From Candidatus Falkowbacteria bacterium (lineage in GTDB: Bacteria; Patescibacteriota; Patescibacteriia; Patescibacteriales; UBA12465), in assembly GCA_026396805.1 (NCBI GenBank), contig JAPLVZ010000004.1, positions 13,601 through 77,600 on the forward strand: DNA of 64,000 nt. Direction: 5' to 3'. Under the pieces are notes generated by a model that was not told the DNA's origin, ran no database searches, and was given only the letters and a program-made list of their open reading frames with translations. A program made the translations under genes and the position numbers. How positions within the stretch are numbered: position 1 is the stretch's first letter; every line of letters begins with the position of its first letter. Of this stretch, positions 1 through 9,877 are shown piece by piece.

Positions 1-857
1 GCTAAGCTAGACCAAGCGGAGTTGAAAGAAAACGCCGGAATAACCGCCGCGTCATCGGCGACGAGCGCGACCAGATTGCCGGATAAATCAAAAACAAAAG
101 AATTTTTTAGGTTGTCATCGCCCTTATTGTTCAATTGCAAGCGGGCGCCGGCCAGATCGCTGCTGGCGACGACGGAAGTTCTGGACAGAGCCGTCAGGGT
201 CACCGGCCGAACCGAAGTTAAATTATTAATGACTAATAAACTTTCGCCCAGTGACAGTTCGGTCCGGGTGACGTTTTTCTTAACCGATAAATTATTGGCG
301 CCGGCTAAATGAAAAATCAAAGGTTCGCCCGGCAAATTTTTCAAAGCGGCCAATTCGTCTATTTTATAAACCTGGCGATCGCCGGTAATCACGACGTAAT
401 TCTTAAATTTAAAATCAGTCTTTAGATCATCGGGCACCAGCGCCGCCACCCAACCGTCGGCGGTAATAATTAAACCGACAAAGAGCGGGTCTTCCAGATT
501 ATAATAGCCGGCGGCCGAAGAAGCGGTTGATATTTCCTTGAAGACGCTGGCCAACACCGGCCGGATACCGGCGACCGTTTCGGCGATCTTAACATCTTGA
601 TTAACGACCACTTTTTTGGCGTCGCGGATAACCAGGCCGGAATTAGACGTGTTCAGACCGGAGAGATTTAATTCTCCAGAAAATAACGAAGCGCCATAAT
701 CTTTAAAGATATAAATTCTCGTCAAAGCTTCTCCCAGGATTCCGGCGGCTAAACCGCTAACGAGCGCCACGGTCACTATCAACCAGAATCTGGCGCTGGG
801 CTTTGATTGTTTAACAGTATCGACCGTTGTTCGACCGGTCTTGGCTTGGTTGGACAT
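1..857 (-). CDS. HtrA/trypsin-like membrane-anchored protein, catalytic motifs degenerate (partial, runs off the window start)
   Basis: Not in the ORF track. Manual translation from ATG at 857 gives MSNQAKT..., a TM segment (FWLIVTVALVSGLAAGIL), VGLIITADGWVAAL (cf. HtrA GSGFIISxDGYILTNxHV) and NSFVFDLSGNLVAL (cf. GNSGGPLVNLxGEVIGI). Confidence 0.6.
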   Translation of the reverse strand, partial: MSNQAKTGRTTVDTVKQSKPSARFWLIVTVALVSGLAAGILGEALTRIYIFKDYGASLFSGELNLSGLNTSNSGLVIRDAKKVVVNQDVKIAETVAGIRPVLASVFKEISTASSAAGYYNLEDPLFVGLIITADGWVAALVPDDLKTDFKFKNYVVITGDRQVYKIDELAALKNLPGEPLIFHLAGANNLSVKKNVTRTELSLGESLLVINNLTSVRPVTLTALSRTSVVASSDLAGARLQLNNKGDDNLKNSFVFDLSGNLVALVADDAAVIPAFSFNSAWSSL

Positions 858-910
858 ATTTTAAAAATTATTTATGGATTAAAACCGGCTGACCGTCGGC
901 CCTGATTAGC

Positions 911-1672
911 TTAAAACCAACGAGCCGTCAGAAATAATAATACGAAAGCGATTGCGCTAAGAATAAGCGGTAATTTTAAAACCCGCCGATTCAAAGCGCC
1001 GCGCAGATACAGGCGGATAACAGATAGGGCTAAATAGTAACTGATAGCCAGAAATAAACCGAGCAAATGGAACTTGAGCGGTAATAGCGACAGGCCCCAG
1101 GCTAATTCCGCCAATCCCAAAACACTGATGAGTATCAAAACTTTAGCTTGCTCCGGCTTAATCTTTTTCAGCGGCATGAATTGGATAAATAAAAGCCAGA
1201 TTATCGCCGCAAGAATTAAAACTGTCGCCCAAACCGGCCAAGTGATGAATATCGGCAGACTGAAAAGGACGGTCGCGGCGGCAAAAACGGATAAGAAGCC
1301 GCTGACGATTAAAAGATTATCTAATTTATTTTCAAAAAGGGATTCCGATTCCTTGCGGGTAAAGTAATAATATAAATTCTTCAAATACACGAATAAGAAC
1401 CAAGCGATTAGGATTAAAAGCAATTGAACCCAGAAATTTCCGATGATAATCGCGATATAGCAGGAAAAACTCAGGAAGAATAAAATTGGCGCGATCGCCA
1501 AAAGCGGCCAATCAGACCGTTCGCGACCCGCCAGATATTTGACGCTTAATATTATTACCAAAGCGCCCAGAGCTAAAACGGAATAAAATAAGCCCGACCA
1601 ACGCAAAAATAACTGACCGGAAATCCAGATTAACAGAGGAACAATCAAAGGAATTAATCTTTTATATTTCAT
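911..1672 (-). CDS. Multi-pass membrane protein, hypothetical
   Basis: 253 aa ORF with about 8 hydrophobic helices. Confidence 0.75.
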   Translation of the reverse strand: MKYKRLIPLIVPLLIWISGQLFLRWSGLFYSVLALGALVIILSVKYLAGRERSDWPLLAIAPILFFLSFSCYIAIIIGNFWVQLLLILIAWFLFVYLKNLYYYFTRKESESLFENKLDNLLIVSGFLSVFAAATVLFSLPIFITWPVWATVLILAAIIWLLFIQFMPLKKIKPEQAKVLILISVLGLAELAWGLSLLPLKFHLLGLFLAISYYLALSVIRLYLRGALNRRVLKLPLILSAIAFVLLFLTARWF

Positions 1673-1690
1673 AACTGAATAAAAAATAAA

Positions 1691-3997
1691 TTAATCAGCG
1701 GTGCTGGACGCGGTCGTCGTCGCCCCGGGAACTGTCGAAGCGGGCGGGAATTCGGCTGGAGTTGAAGAAGCTCCGCTCGCTTCCGACATCGGAGTAATAA
1801 TATAATCATCTCCGCCGGCCGAGAGTTCCAAACTTTTAATTTCGGTTAAATCGGTTAAACTGTTGATTTTCAAGAATTTGTTGGAAAAAGTGAAGAGAGC
1901 GTCATTAATATAGAGACTGCGCTTGGCGGTGTTGTCATAATAACTGTAACCGTCCCAATAATCGGCCGTGCCGTAGTGGCCGCCGGCAGAATGGTCTATC
2001 TTGCCCAGTAAAGTGAAGGCGTCATCTTTCAGCGTAAAGACGAGCGCTCCCGCGAAATCCAAGCGGTTGTTAGAATCACGCAACGCCGCCGGAATGACCA
2101 ATAAATTCTTAGCGGCGGAATATAAGAAAGCCTTATGGTCATAAAGGGCGATAGAATCGCTGCCGCCGCCGCCCAAAATATAACTGTCCAATTCCTTGGG
2201 CTTAGCCGGATCGCTGAAATCGAATAAAGATAATTTCAGTCCCTTGACTGTGACGTTGCCGGCGGTGGTTTCCTCCGTCTCGCGGCCGAGACCGATCAGT
2301 TTTGTTCCGTTTAAATCCGCCGGATGAAGATAATTGGAAAAACCCGGAATCTTAATGGCGCCGAGCACTACCGGCTTGGTCGGATCACTTAAGCTGATGA
2401 CGAATAAGGGGTCGATTTGTTTGAAAGTCACCAAATAAACGCGGTTGCCGATAAAACGAGCGGCATAAATTTTTTCCGTCGTCGCCAGATTTTCTAATTT
2501 ACCGACCGTTTGCAAGTTAGAATCAAGCACATAAATACTGCTGTAAGAATCGGCGGACGATTCGCCGAGCCGCGAAGAATATTGGCTGCGCGTCGTCGCG
2601 ATTCGAAAATAATTATTATTCTCATCCATGGAGAATTGATTTAAAACTTGACCGCTCACTTCCCCCAGAGCGCGATATTCTATCTGGCCGCCGCTGATAC
2701 CGATTTTATGGATAATGGTTTTCTCCATGTCTTTGGCTTTCTCGTTGATTTTCTCCGCCAGTTTTGTATCAATCTCCGCGTTTAAAGCAATCTGGGCGGC
2801 GGAATCCAAAGAATTAAAATAACGGTCAAGATACTGCGCCACCTTGGTTTTTTTCTCTTGGCTGTTAAGGATGAAACTTGGCGTCGCCTCAATCTTATCG
2901 ATCTTATCCTGAACTTCGGCGCTTAAAAGCGGATAGATTAATTCCCGCTTGACGTCCTGTTCCAAATCATATTCATTGAGATACTGGGTATAAGTGATGT
3001 AAATATTATCTTGGGAAACATAGAGATTCTGTCCGCTATTTAAGAGATAGGCCTGCCCGCTAATAACCTCGGCGTTGTTTTTTATATTTATCGCCGTGAT
3101 GTTGGTGAAATTATAGGAGTCGTAAGCGATATCAAAATAATAAACGGCGGGCGCGAAACACTTTCCGCTGGCTTCGCAGGTTGAAGATAAAGCTTGCCCG
3201 CTATCAAGAACCCGCGGCACGAGCGGTTCGCCGGCGATATAACTATTATAAGTATCGGTTATAAAATAAACATAATCGCCGATCAGGCGGGCGTCGCGAT
3301 AAGAGCCTTCAAAATCCAAATCGCGGACCTGTTTCGGATTGGCCGGATCGCTGATATCAAAGACTTTGAAGAAAGTATAGGCGTTCTGGCGACGGAAACT
3401 CTGATATATCTCTTGGGCGTATATCTGATTATCACCGCCGAAAACCGCTAAAAAGTCGCCGCTGATAAAAATATCTTGCGGCCGGGATTTAAAAACGATC
3501 TTACTGACGACTTTAGCCTCGGCGGGCGGACTGGCGTTAATGACCGATAATTCATTCCTGACCAACGCGTAAATATAATGTCCGTCCGTCTTGATAATAT
3601 CGGCTTCATCAACTCCGGCGACTTGATTGTTCGTCGTCGAATAATCCAAAGAATTATTGGGCTGGGAACTATTACTCGATTGAGAGCCGCTATCGGAAAC
3701 GGCCGCGCTTTGTGTCATCATCTCGGACTTTAAAAACCCGGCCGAAACCCGAGTAAGGTCGGCAGTCGGATTATTATTAGCGGCTAAAAACTCCGCCAAT
3801 TCGTCATAATTATTAAATTTTTTAAGTTTGCTGGTTCCGGTGGAAATACTCGTTTCCGTGGTCGTCGCCACTTCTGTTTTTTCAACTATGGGGGTGACGT
3901 CGGGCGCGACCGGCTTTTTCCAAGGCAGAGTACAGGCGCTAAGCGTGGCGACCGAAAATAGCAGGATTAAAGATAATAAAAGAGTTTTTTTTGGCAT
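1691..3997 (-). CDS. Secreted/lipoprotein beta-propeller domain protein (Beta_propel family)
   Basis: Lipobox LSAC; family motifs YSTTNNQVAGVDEADIIKTDG, LNQFSMDE, RFIGNRVYLVTFKQIDPLFVI, KIPGFSNYLHP. Confidence 0.85.
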   Translation of the reverse strand: MPKKTLLLSLILLFSVATLSACTLPWKKPVAPDVTPIVEKTEVATTTETSISTGTSKLKKFNNYDELAEFLAANNNPTADLTRVSAGFLKSEMMTQSAAVSDSGSQSSNSSQPNNSLDYSTTNNQVAGVDEADIIKTDGHYIYALVRNELSVINASPPAEAKVVSKIVFKSRPQDIFISGDFLAVFGGDNQIYAQEIYQSFRRQNAYTFFKVFDISDPANPKQVRDLDFEGSYRDARLIGDYVYFITDTYNSYIAGEPLVPRVLDSGQALSSTCEASGKCFAPAVYYFDIAYDSYNFTNITAINIKNNAEVISGQAYLLNSGQNLYVSQDNIYITYTQYLNEYDLEQDVKRELIYPLLSAEVQDKIDKIEATPSFILNSQEKKTKVAQYLDRYFNSLDSAAQIALNAEIDTKLAEKINEKAKDMEKTIIHKIGISGGQIEYRALGEVSGQVLNQFSMDENNNYFRIATTRSQYSSRLGESSADSYSSIYVLDSNLQTVGKLENLATTEKIYAARFIGNRVYLVTFKQIDPLFVISLSDPTKPVVLGAIKIPGFSNYLHPADLNGTKLIGLGRETEETTAGNVTVKGLKLSLFDFSDPAKPKELDSYILGGGGSDSIALYDHKAFLYSAAKNLLVIPAALRDSNNRLDFAGALVFTLKDDAFTLLGKIDHSAGGHYGTADYWDGYSYYDNTAKRSLYINDALFTFSNKFLKINSLTDLTEIKSLELSAGGDDYIITPMSEASGASSTPAEFPPASTVPGATTTASSTAD

Positions 3998-4148
3998 AAA
4001 ACAAAAAAAATTAGTGTTAACTAGACTAAGATAATTATATCATTTAGGCGCCAGAAAAACAAAAGCCGACGAGTATCGGCTTGGAAACAATAATATCGCT
4101 CAAAGATAACCAAATCATCCGAAGTCAGACTTTCTAAAAACAATGAAA

Positions 4149-4859
4149 TTACTTTATCACTACTTCAGTCCCCTCGCTCACCCTGTCATATAGATATTGG
4201 GCCGGACCGATACCAAGACGGATACAGCCGTGCGAAACCGGTTTGCCCAAATGGTCCGCGCCTTCACGATAACCGTTCGGCCAAAGAGGCAGTTCATGAA
4301 TCCCGAATTGGCCGTGGTCCAGTCCCAGCCAATAAGGCATCCATAATTTATAGGTATTTGACCAAGCCTTTTTGACCTTATTAAAAATCTGGTAATTCCC
4401 TTTTGGCGTCGGCATGCTCGCTTTGCCGGTTGAAACCGAAAACTCTTTCCATATTTGGCCGCCGACAAAATAAGCCAGTTTCTGGGTCTTTAAATTAATT
4501 TCAATCTTCTGCGCTAACTTCACGGTGGAACTTGATAAAGGATTAAACCCGAAGTCTATTTCGACCCCGTCTTTATAACCGTCGCTGTCGGAATCGGCGT
4601 TAAGCGGGTCGGTCTTAAATTTTAATTCCCAGTAATCGCTTAAACCGTCTTTATCCATGTCGCTTTTATCTATTTTCACTTTAGCCGGATTGACGGGCGA
4701 ATAGCCGTTTTTTATTTCTTGAACGTCGCTGTAACCGTCGCTGTCGGAATCAGGACTCGGTTCAATCGCTTGGGCCGCTCCTATCCTTAGACCTAAAAAA
4801 ATCGCCATAAACAATACCATGACGAGCGAAAAAAATAATTTTTGAGTTTTTAAATTCAT
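4149..4859 (-). CDS. L,D-transpeptidase (YkuD) with N-terminal acidic Ca-binding DxDxDG repeats
   Basis: VSTG..TPKG, GIHE, SHGCIRL catalytic motif; three DSDSDG/DMDKDG repeats; signal peptide. Confidence 0.9.
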   Translation of the reverse strand: MNLKTQKLFFSLVMVLFMAIFLGLRIGAAQAIEPSPDSDSDGYSDVQEIKNGYSPVNPAKVKIDKSDMDKDGLSDYWELKFKTDPLNADSDSDGYKDGVEIDFGFNPLSSSTVKLAQKIEINLKTQKLAYFVGGQIWKEFSVSTGKASMPTPKGNYQIFNKVKKAWSNTYKLWMPYWLGLDHGQFGIHELPLWPNGYREGADHLGKPVSHGCIRLGIGPAQYLYDRVSEGTEVVIK

Positions 4860-4898
4860 ACCATGAAAGCGCGTGGCCGCGTTGAACTCTTCGGCTTA

Positions 4899-5447
4899 TT
4901 ATTTAGAGGAAACTTGATCTAAAGAATACTCACAACCGCAAAATTTTTGCCGGTAGAGGCCGAGTTTCTTCGCCAGCTCCTGGCTATGGCGATAACCGTC
5001 ATTAGCCTGAAAATCCATATCCAAGAAAGCGACCTCGCTCATTTCTTCCAATTCTTTGCCTATTTCTCTTATGGCCGCCATATCCTTATACGGACTGACC
5101 AGAAGCGTCGTTCCAAAAATATCAAAACCTTTCTCTTTCGCCAGGCAGGCGGTTTTAGTGAGACGGTCGCGGTAGCAAAAGCGGCAACGTTCGCTCCGTT
5201 CCGGATCGCCGGCGCGGGCGCAGGCTATTTCTTTCCAGGCTTCATGATTATAAGGTTCGACCAGGAGAGGAAAACTAAATTTGGCCGCCATTAATTCAAC
5301 CATAGCCAAACGCTTGTCATATTCCTCTTGTGAAACAAGATTGGGATTACAAAAATACCAAGTCAGGTCATAATGCGGCGCCAATCGGTCGCGGCTGATA
5401 TAAGCGCCGCAAGGCGCGCAACAAATTTGTAAAAGCAATTTTTTCAT
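4899..5447 (-). CDS. queH: Epoxyqueuosine reductase QueH (DUF208)
   Basis: MKKLLLQICCAPC, NPN, RCRFC..RL, TTL..SPYK, YRQKFCGC. Probable start at 5447 with an ATGA overlap to the upstream gene. Confidence 0.85.
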   Translation of the reverse strand: MKKLLLQICCAPCGAYISRDRLAPHYDLTWYFCNPNLVSQEEYDKRLAMVELMAAKFSFPLLVEPYNHEAWKEIACARAGDPERSERCRFCYRDRLTKTACLAKEKGFDIFGTTLLVSPYKDMAAIREIGKELEEMSEVAFLDMDFQANDGYRHSQELAKKLGLYRQKFCGCEYSLDQVSSK

Positions 5448-6511
5448 AACGGATTTACCGGTTTTTTTATTTTCCCCAGGCGGCGATCTAAAAACCAAAA
5501 ACCGATGACAAAAAGCATCATGACGCCGACTAAAGCGACGAGCGCCCAAAACTTACCGCGGCTTTGTAAAAATAAGCCGCTCAATCCGAACATAAGCGAC
5601 AAAGCATAAAATATCAAAACCGTCCGGCGCTGGCCGATTCCCAGCGCCAGCAAGCGATGATGCAAATGTTTCTGATCGGCGAATTTAAACGGGTTCCGGC
5701 CTTGGAAGACGCGGCGGATTATAGTCCAGGCGACATCAAGAATAGGAATGCCCATGATGAGTAAGGCGATGGCAATTTTTCCTCCAGAAATAATCGCCAG
5801 CACTCCCAGAATATAGCCCAGGAGAAGCGACCCGCCTTCGCCCAAAAAAATCTTGGCCGGATACCAATTAAAAATCAAGAAACCGCCGCAAGCCCCGACT
5901 AAAAGAATGGCGGCCAAAGCGATATCCGGTTGGTAATAGCGGGTTGTCAGCGTAAATAAAAAAATGATTAAACCGCCGATACCGCTCACTCCGGTCACTA
6001 AGCCGTCAACGCCGTCCAGTAATTTAGTCGTATACATCATGCCCAAGAGCCACAGGCCGATTAAAAGAGGAGAAACGAGAGCCAGGGCGCTCAAATCAAA
6101 ATAAGAACCGAAAGGATTGGTTATTTTGGAAATTTCCACGCCGCCTAAAATAACGGCGACGATTGCCAACAAGGGAAAGATAATTTGCAGCCGCGGCTTC
6201 AGATTATATTTATCGTCTAAAATGCCGCCGATCATAATTAAGAGCGCGCCCGCAAAAAAACCGACCAGATGCGATAATTTAAGATTTCCGGACAAAAAAT
6301 AGTCGGAGTTCAAAAATAGAATAAAAAAATAAGCGCCAAAAATTGCCAAGCCGCCTAAGAGCGGTACTGGCCGAGTGTGAATTTTCCGGCCTCCCTCTCC
6401 GCTTTTATTTGGATTATCCACTATCTTAAAAGAAAAAGCGACCCGCTTAACCAGGAGCGTTAAACCGGCCGTCAAAACAAGAGCTAAGATAAAGATATAA
6501 AAATAAAACAT
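5444..6511 (-). CDS. Undecaprenyl-phosphate GlcNAc-1-phosphate transferase (WecA/TagO, MraY superfamily)
   Basis: RKIHTRPVPLLGG, GILDD, LDGVDGL, FNWYPAKIFLGEGG, HLHHRL motifs. Confidence 0.9.
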   Translation of the reverse strand: MFYFYIFILALVLTAGLTLLVKRVAFSFKIVDNPNKSGEGGRKIHTRPVPLLGGLAIFGAYFFILFLNSDYFLSGNLKLSHLVGFFAGALLIMIGGILDDKYNLKPRLQIIFPLLAIVAVILGGVEISKITNPFGSYFDLSALALVSPLLIGLWLLGMMYTTKLLDGVDGLVTGVSGIGGLIIFLFTLTTRYYQPDIALAAILLVGACGGFLIFNWYPAKIFLGEGGSLLLGYILGVLAIISGGKIAIALLIMGIPILDVAWTIIRRVFQGRNPFKFADQKHLHHRLLALGIGQRRTVLIFYALSLMFGLSGLFLQSRGKFWALVALVGVMMLFVIGFWFLDRRLGKIKKPVNPL

Positions 6512-6571
6512 ATAAATGAAGGCTCGTTCCGGTGAGTGGAAACTCTATCTGATCGCCTAAAAATACGCCCC

Positions 6572-9253
6572 TTATAATTCCGTCGCCGGCTCAACTTCAA
6601 TATCCGCGCGGCTATTTATGATAATCGTGTCACGGCGCTTCAACTGCCCGGCTAAAATCTTATTGGCGATATTATCCTCAATTTTATCTTGAAGCAAGCG
6701 CCGGAGCGGACGGGCGCCGAATTTCGGATCATAACCTTCGTGCGCCAAAAGAGCCACGCCGTCCTTATCCGCTTTCAAATCGATCCCTTTGAGCGCCAGC
6801 TTCTTTTTTATTTTTTTCAGCATCAGGGTCGCGATCGCCACCGTGTCCTCTTCACTCAAAGGCCTGAAGACGATAATGCCGTCAAAACGATTGATAAGTT
6901 CCGGACGCAAGTATTTATTGAGCTGATTATCGATCAAGTCCTGTTTGATGATATTAATCGGAGTCTGAGCTTTTATCTGATCCTGGATAAAGACCGCGCC
7001 GATATTAGAAGTCGCGATGATAATAGATTCGGAAAAATTGATTGTTCGGCCCTGGCCGTCGGTCAAGCGGCCATCATCTAGAAGCTGGAGCAATAAATTT
7101 AAGATATCCGGGTTGGCCTTTTCAACTTCATCCAATAATATCAGGGCGAACGGTTTCTTACGCACCGCTTCCGTCAAATAGCCGAGCGTTCCGTCCACGT
7201 CGCCGATCATCTTTCTGATGCTGTCGGCGGACTGGTATTCGCTCATATCCAGACGGACAAGATAATCCTCGTCGCCGAAATAAACCTGGCTGACTGTTTT
7301 CGCCAGTTCAGTCTTACCGACGCCGGTCGGACCGAGAAACAAGAAACTGGCGATCGGTCGCCGGCTGTCTTTCATTTCGGCGCGGGCGCGGCGCAAACTC
7401 GCCGCCACGGCGTTAACCGCCTCGGCCTGATCGACTAAACGCTGATGAATTTCATTTTCTAAATTCAATAATTTCTGGCTTTCTGAAACCGTGACTCGAC
7501 TGACCGGGATGCCGGTCAATTCACTGATGGCTTGAGCTACGGCCTCACGGCCGCAAAAAGACGACTCTGGATCATCCGGCGCTTTTTTGGCGGTGAGAAT
7601 CGCCGCTTTTTCCAAAAGGTCGATCGCTTTCAGCGGCAAGAACTTATCATGCAAATAACGGGAAGACATAATAACCGCCTGTTCGATAGCGCCATAAACG
7701 ATATAGGTATCATATTTAGCTTCCAAGAACCCGACCTTGCTTTCCAATATCTGAATGGCCAGATTAATTTCCGGCTCCTTAACGGCAATGGTCGTCATAA
7801 TATTGCCGATCGCCTTATTTTCGATATGGCGAGCGTAATTTTCCGTCGTCGCCGCCGCCAGGCAATATAAATTTTTTCGGCTGATAGCTTCCCCTAAAAC
7901 TTCCGACAAATCCAAGCTCTCTTGGCTGCCGGAGCTGATACCGATAAGATTCTCAATATTATCTATATAGAGAATAATATTGGTCGAACGACTGATTTCA
8001 TTTAGGCTCGTAAGCAACCGTTCTTCGGCGAGAGACGCGTCGGCGCCGGCGACTAGGCGTGAAACGTCAAGCTCCACCAAACGTTTATCTTTTAAGAATT
8101 TAGGCACATTTTCCGCCACCATCAACTGGGCCAAGCCGCCGATAATCGTGCTCTTGCCGACTCCGACCGGACCGACCAAAAGTACGCCGTTATGCCCGCC
8201 CGTAAACGCTTCAAAGATATCGTTTATTTCTTTATCCCGGCCGACACAGATATTCAAAGCGCCGTATTTCGCCTGAATGGTCAGGTCGTGAGAAAAATGA
8301 TCTAAAGTCGGAGTCGCGATCGCCGTATAAGCGCGGTTCATATTATTGCCCGGTTTAAAAACCGCTAAGCGGCGATAACCGCGATAATTCTCGACTAAAC
8401 GGCGATTGACGCGGAACCAGGCGACGGTGTTGATGATCTTGTCCTTATCTATTTCCAGTTCATAAAGTATTTCGGCGAGAAAAGGGTCGCGCTCATAGCA
8501 AAATTGGATAATATTCAATAAATCGACGCTCGGCTGTTTTAATCCGTAAGCATCGGTAAAAGCAGACACCAAAACTTCCTGAAGCGCCGGCGCTAAAGTG
8601 GCCCGGCCTTTAGCTTTAGCGTCCCGAGGCTTGATGAGGCGGCGGTCAACCAGTTCCACTAATCTTTTCGCGTCGACATCCAGGCGGATAAAAAGATTCT
8701 GAATCTCTTTAGTCTTTAAGAGGACTCGAAAAAGATGAATGATCTCAACTTGACTCTGGCCCAACTTCACGGCCAGAAGATAAGCGTCTTCCACCGCCCG
8801 CCAACTGGCGCGAGAATAAGCGACGGCAACATTATATTTTTTCTGTCCGCGGGCGGGCTTGGGTTTACCGGCGTCAAACAAGCGATAATTTATCTTGCTT
8901 AACGCCGCTTTCGCTTGGCTGCCGCGATAAATCAGAAATAAATCAAACCATAAGGATATCAAGAAAATAAAAATGAGCGGGTCAAATTTCCGCCAAAAGA
9001 AAAGCAGGCTTATCGGCTTGGCGATTAAGGAAGTTTGGTTATTAAAAATCCAGCCGCCGAACGCGCCCCAGCCGGCGAAGACTATCAGCCAGACAAAAAA
9101 TATCAGAAGGCGGTCAATCTTGGCTCTAGTTCTCCCCAGACCGATGACCGAGCGGCGAAGCGCGCTTCCCCAAAACAAGAAACGCCCTAAAAACCAGGCG
9201 CCGCGGCCGCCGTCACTTTGCTCTTCGGTAAAAGTTATTTTTTCCTCCGCCAT
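6572..9253 (-). CDS. Membrane-anchored ClpA/C-like double AAA+ ATPase
   Basis: Two N-terminal hydrophobic helices, Clp-N repeats, Walker A GPVGVGKS and [30 protein letters not shown]. Confidence 0.85.
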   Translation of the reverse strand: MAEEKITFTEEQSDGGRGAWFLGRFLFWGSALRRSVIGLGRTRAKIDRLLIFFVWLIVFAGWGAFGGWIFNNQTSLIAKPISLLFFWRKFDPLIFIFLISLWFDLFLIYRGSQAKAALSKINYRLFDAGKPKPARGQKKYNVAVAYSRASWRAVEDAYLLAVKLGQSQVEIIHLFRVLLKTKEIQNLFIRLDVDAKRLVELVDRRLIKPRDAKAKGRATLAPALQEVLVSAFTDAYGLKQPSVDLLNIIQFCYERDPFLAEILYELEIDKDKIINTVAWFRVNRRLVENYRGYRRLAVFKPGNNMNRAYTAIATPTLDHFSHDLTIQAKYGALNICVGRDKEINDIFEAFTGGHNGVLLVGPVGVGKSTIIGGLAQLMVAENVPKFLKDKRLVELDVSRLVAGADASLAEERLLTSLNEISRSTNIILYIDNIENLIGISSGSQESLDLSEVLGEAISRKNLYCLAAATTENYARHIENKAIGNIMTTIAVKEPEINLAIQILESKVGFLEAKYDTYIVYGAIEQAVIMSSRYLHDKFLPLKAIDLLEKAAILTAKKAPDDPESSFCGREAVAQAISELTGIPVSRVTVSESQKLLNLENEIHQRLVDQAEAVNAVAASLRRARAEMKDSRRPIASFLFLGPTGVGKTELAKTVSQVYFGDEDYLVRLDMSEYQSADSIRKMIGDVDGTLGYLTEAVRKKPFALILLDEVEKANPDILNLLLQLLDDGRLTDGQGRTINFSESIIIATSNIGAVFIQDQIKAQTPINIIKQDLIDNQLNKYLRPELINRFDGIIVFRPLSEEDTVAIATLMLKKIKKKLALKGIDLKADKDGVALLAHEGYDPKFGARPLRRLLQDKIEDNIANKILAGQLKRRDTIIINSRADIEVEPATEL

Positions 9254-9275
9254 ATTTTATCCGTTCTTATACTTG

Positions 9276-9312
9276 TCTTTATTCGCTCTTATCTTTATTC
9301 GCTCTTATCTTT
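9276..9312. repeat. Tandem 16-bp repeat (TCTTTATTCGCTCTTA x2.3)
   Basis: Directly visible in the spacer between the small membrane gene and the Clp ATPase gene. Confidence 0.7.
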
Positions 9313-9353
9313 GCCCCTAAGTCGAAATTTATAATTAATCCATCAACAAATAA

Positions 9354-9722
9354 TCAATTCGCCAGTTGGAAAGCCAGTCCCAAAAACAGCAAAATCGGAC
9401 CAATCAGCCAAATAATCAAAGCGATCAAGGCCAGACCGAGCCAAAATAATAAAATAGCGCCCCGGAAGATTATCTGGACCAGGCGCATGACAAAACTGAT
9501 GACGCGACCGGCCGGATCGCGCTGGCCGTACATGGGCACAAAAATATTTTTTAACCAGACACTAAATCCTAAAGACGTTTCTCGCGCCCGCCAAAAATGG
9601 AAAACGCTCGTTCCCGCCCGGGCGAAGCCGACGCTGTACCACCAAACCGGAAAATACAAAATTTCTCCAAGGATTTGAAGAATAATCTTGCCAGCGTAGG
9701 TGAAGAAATTATGGTTTAACAT
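9354..9722 (-). CDS. Small membrane protein, upstream of and co-oriented with the membrane Clp ATPase
   Basis: 122 aa; YFPVWWYS, FVPMYGQRD, long C-terminal hydrophobic segment. Confidence 0.75.
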   Translation of the reverse strand: MLNHNFFTYAGKIILQILGEILYFPVWWYSVGFARAGTSVFHFWRARETSLGFSVWLKNIFVPMYGQRDPAGRVISFVMRLVQIIFRGAILLFWLGLALIALIIWLIGPILLFLGLAFQLAN

Positions 9723-9817
9723 GAAAAATTAAAAATAAGGATATTTTTAATAAAAATGTCTTTTCCTTCTAATATAATAGCATGTTTCAGATTTTGTTGA
9801 CAATAATTTAATTGGAA

Positions 9818-9846
9818 TTGACAAGTAGCTGGCCTTATATTATGAT
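9818..9846 (+). promoter_or_regulatory. Sigma70-type promoter of clpB
   Basis: TTGACA (9818)-17 bp-TATGAT (9841). Confidence 0.8.
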
Positions 9847-9850
9847 TAGA

Positions 9851-9877
9851 TTAGCACTCTAATAATGAGAGTGCTAA
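9851..9877 (+). promoter_or_regulatory. CIRCE element (HrcA operator)
   Basis: Perfect TTAGCACTC-N9-GAGTGCTAA between the promoter and the clpB start. Confidence 0.95.

Noticed and set aside
22-312. Many short ORFs in the track antisense to or overlapping real genes (e.g. 22-312, 6689-7081, 9979-10419, 27500-28165, 56645-57040)
   Set aside because: Shadow ORFs of well-supported genes on the other strand or frame; no recognisable motifs.
5448-5549. N-terminal extension of the queH ORF
   Set aside because: It overlaps the upstream gene; the ATGA-coupled start at 5447 matches the family N-terminus.
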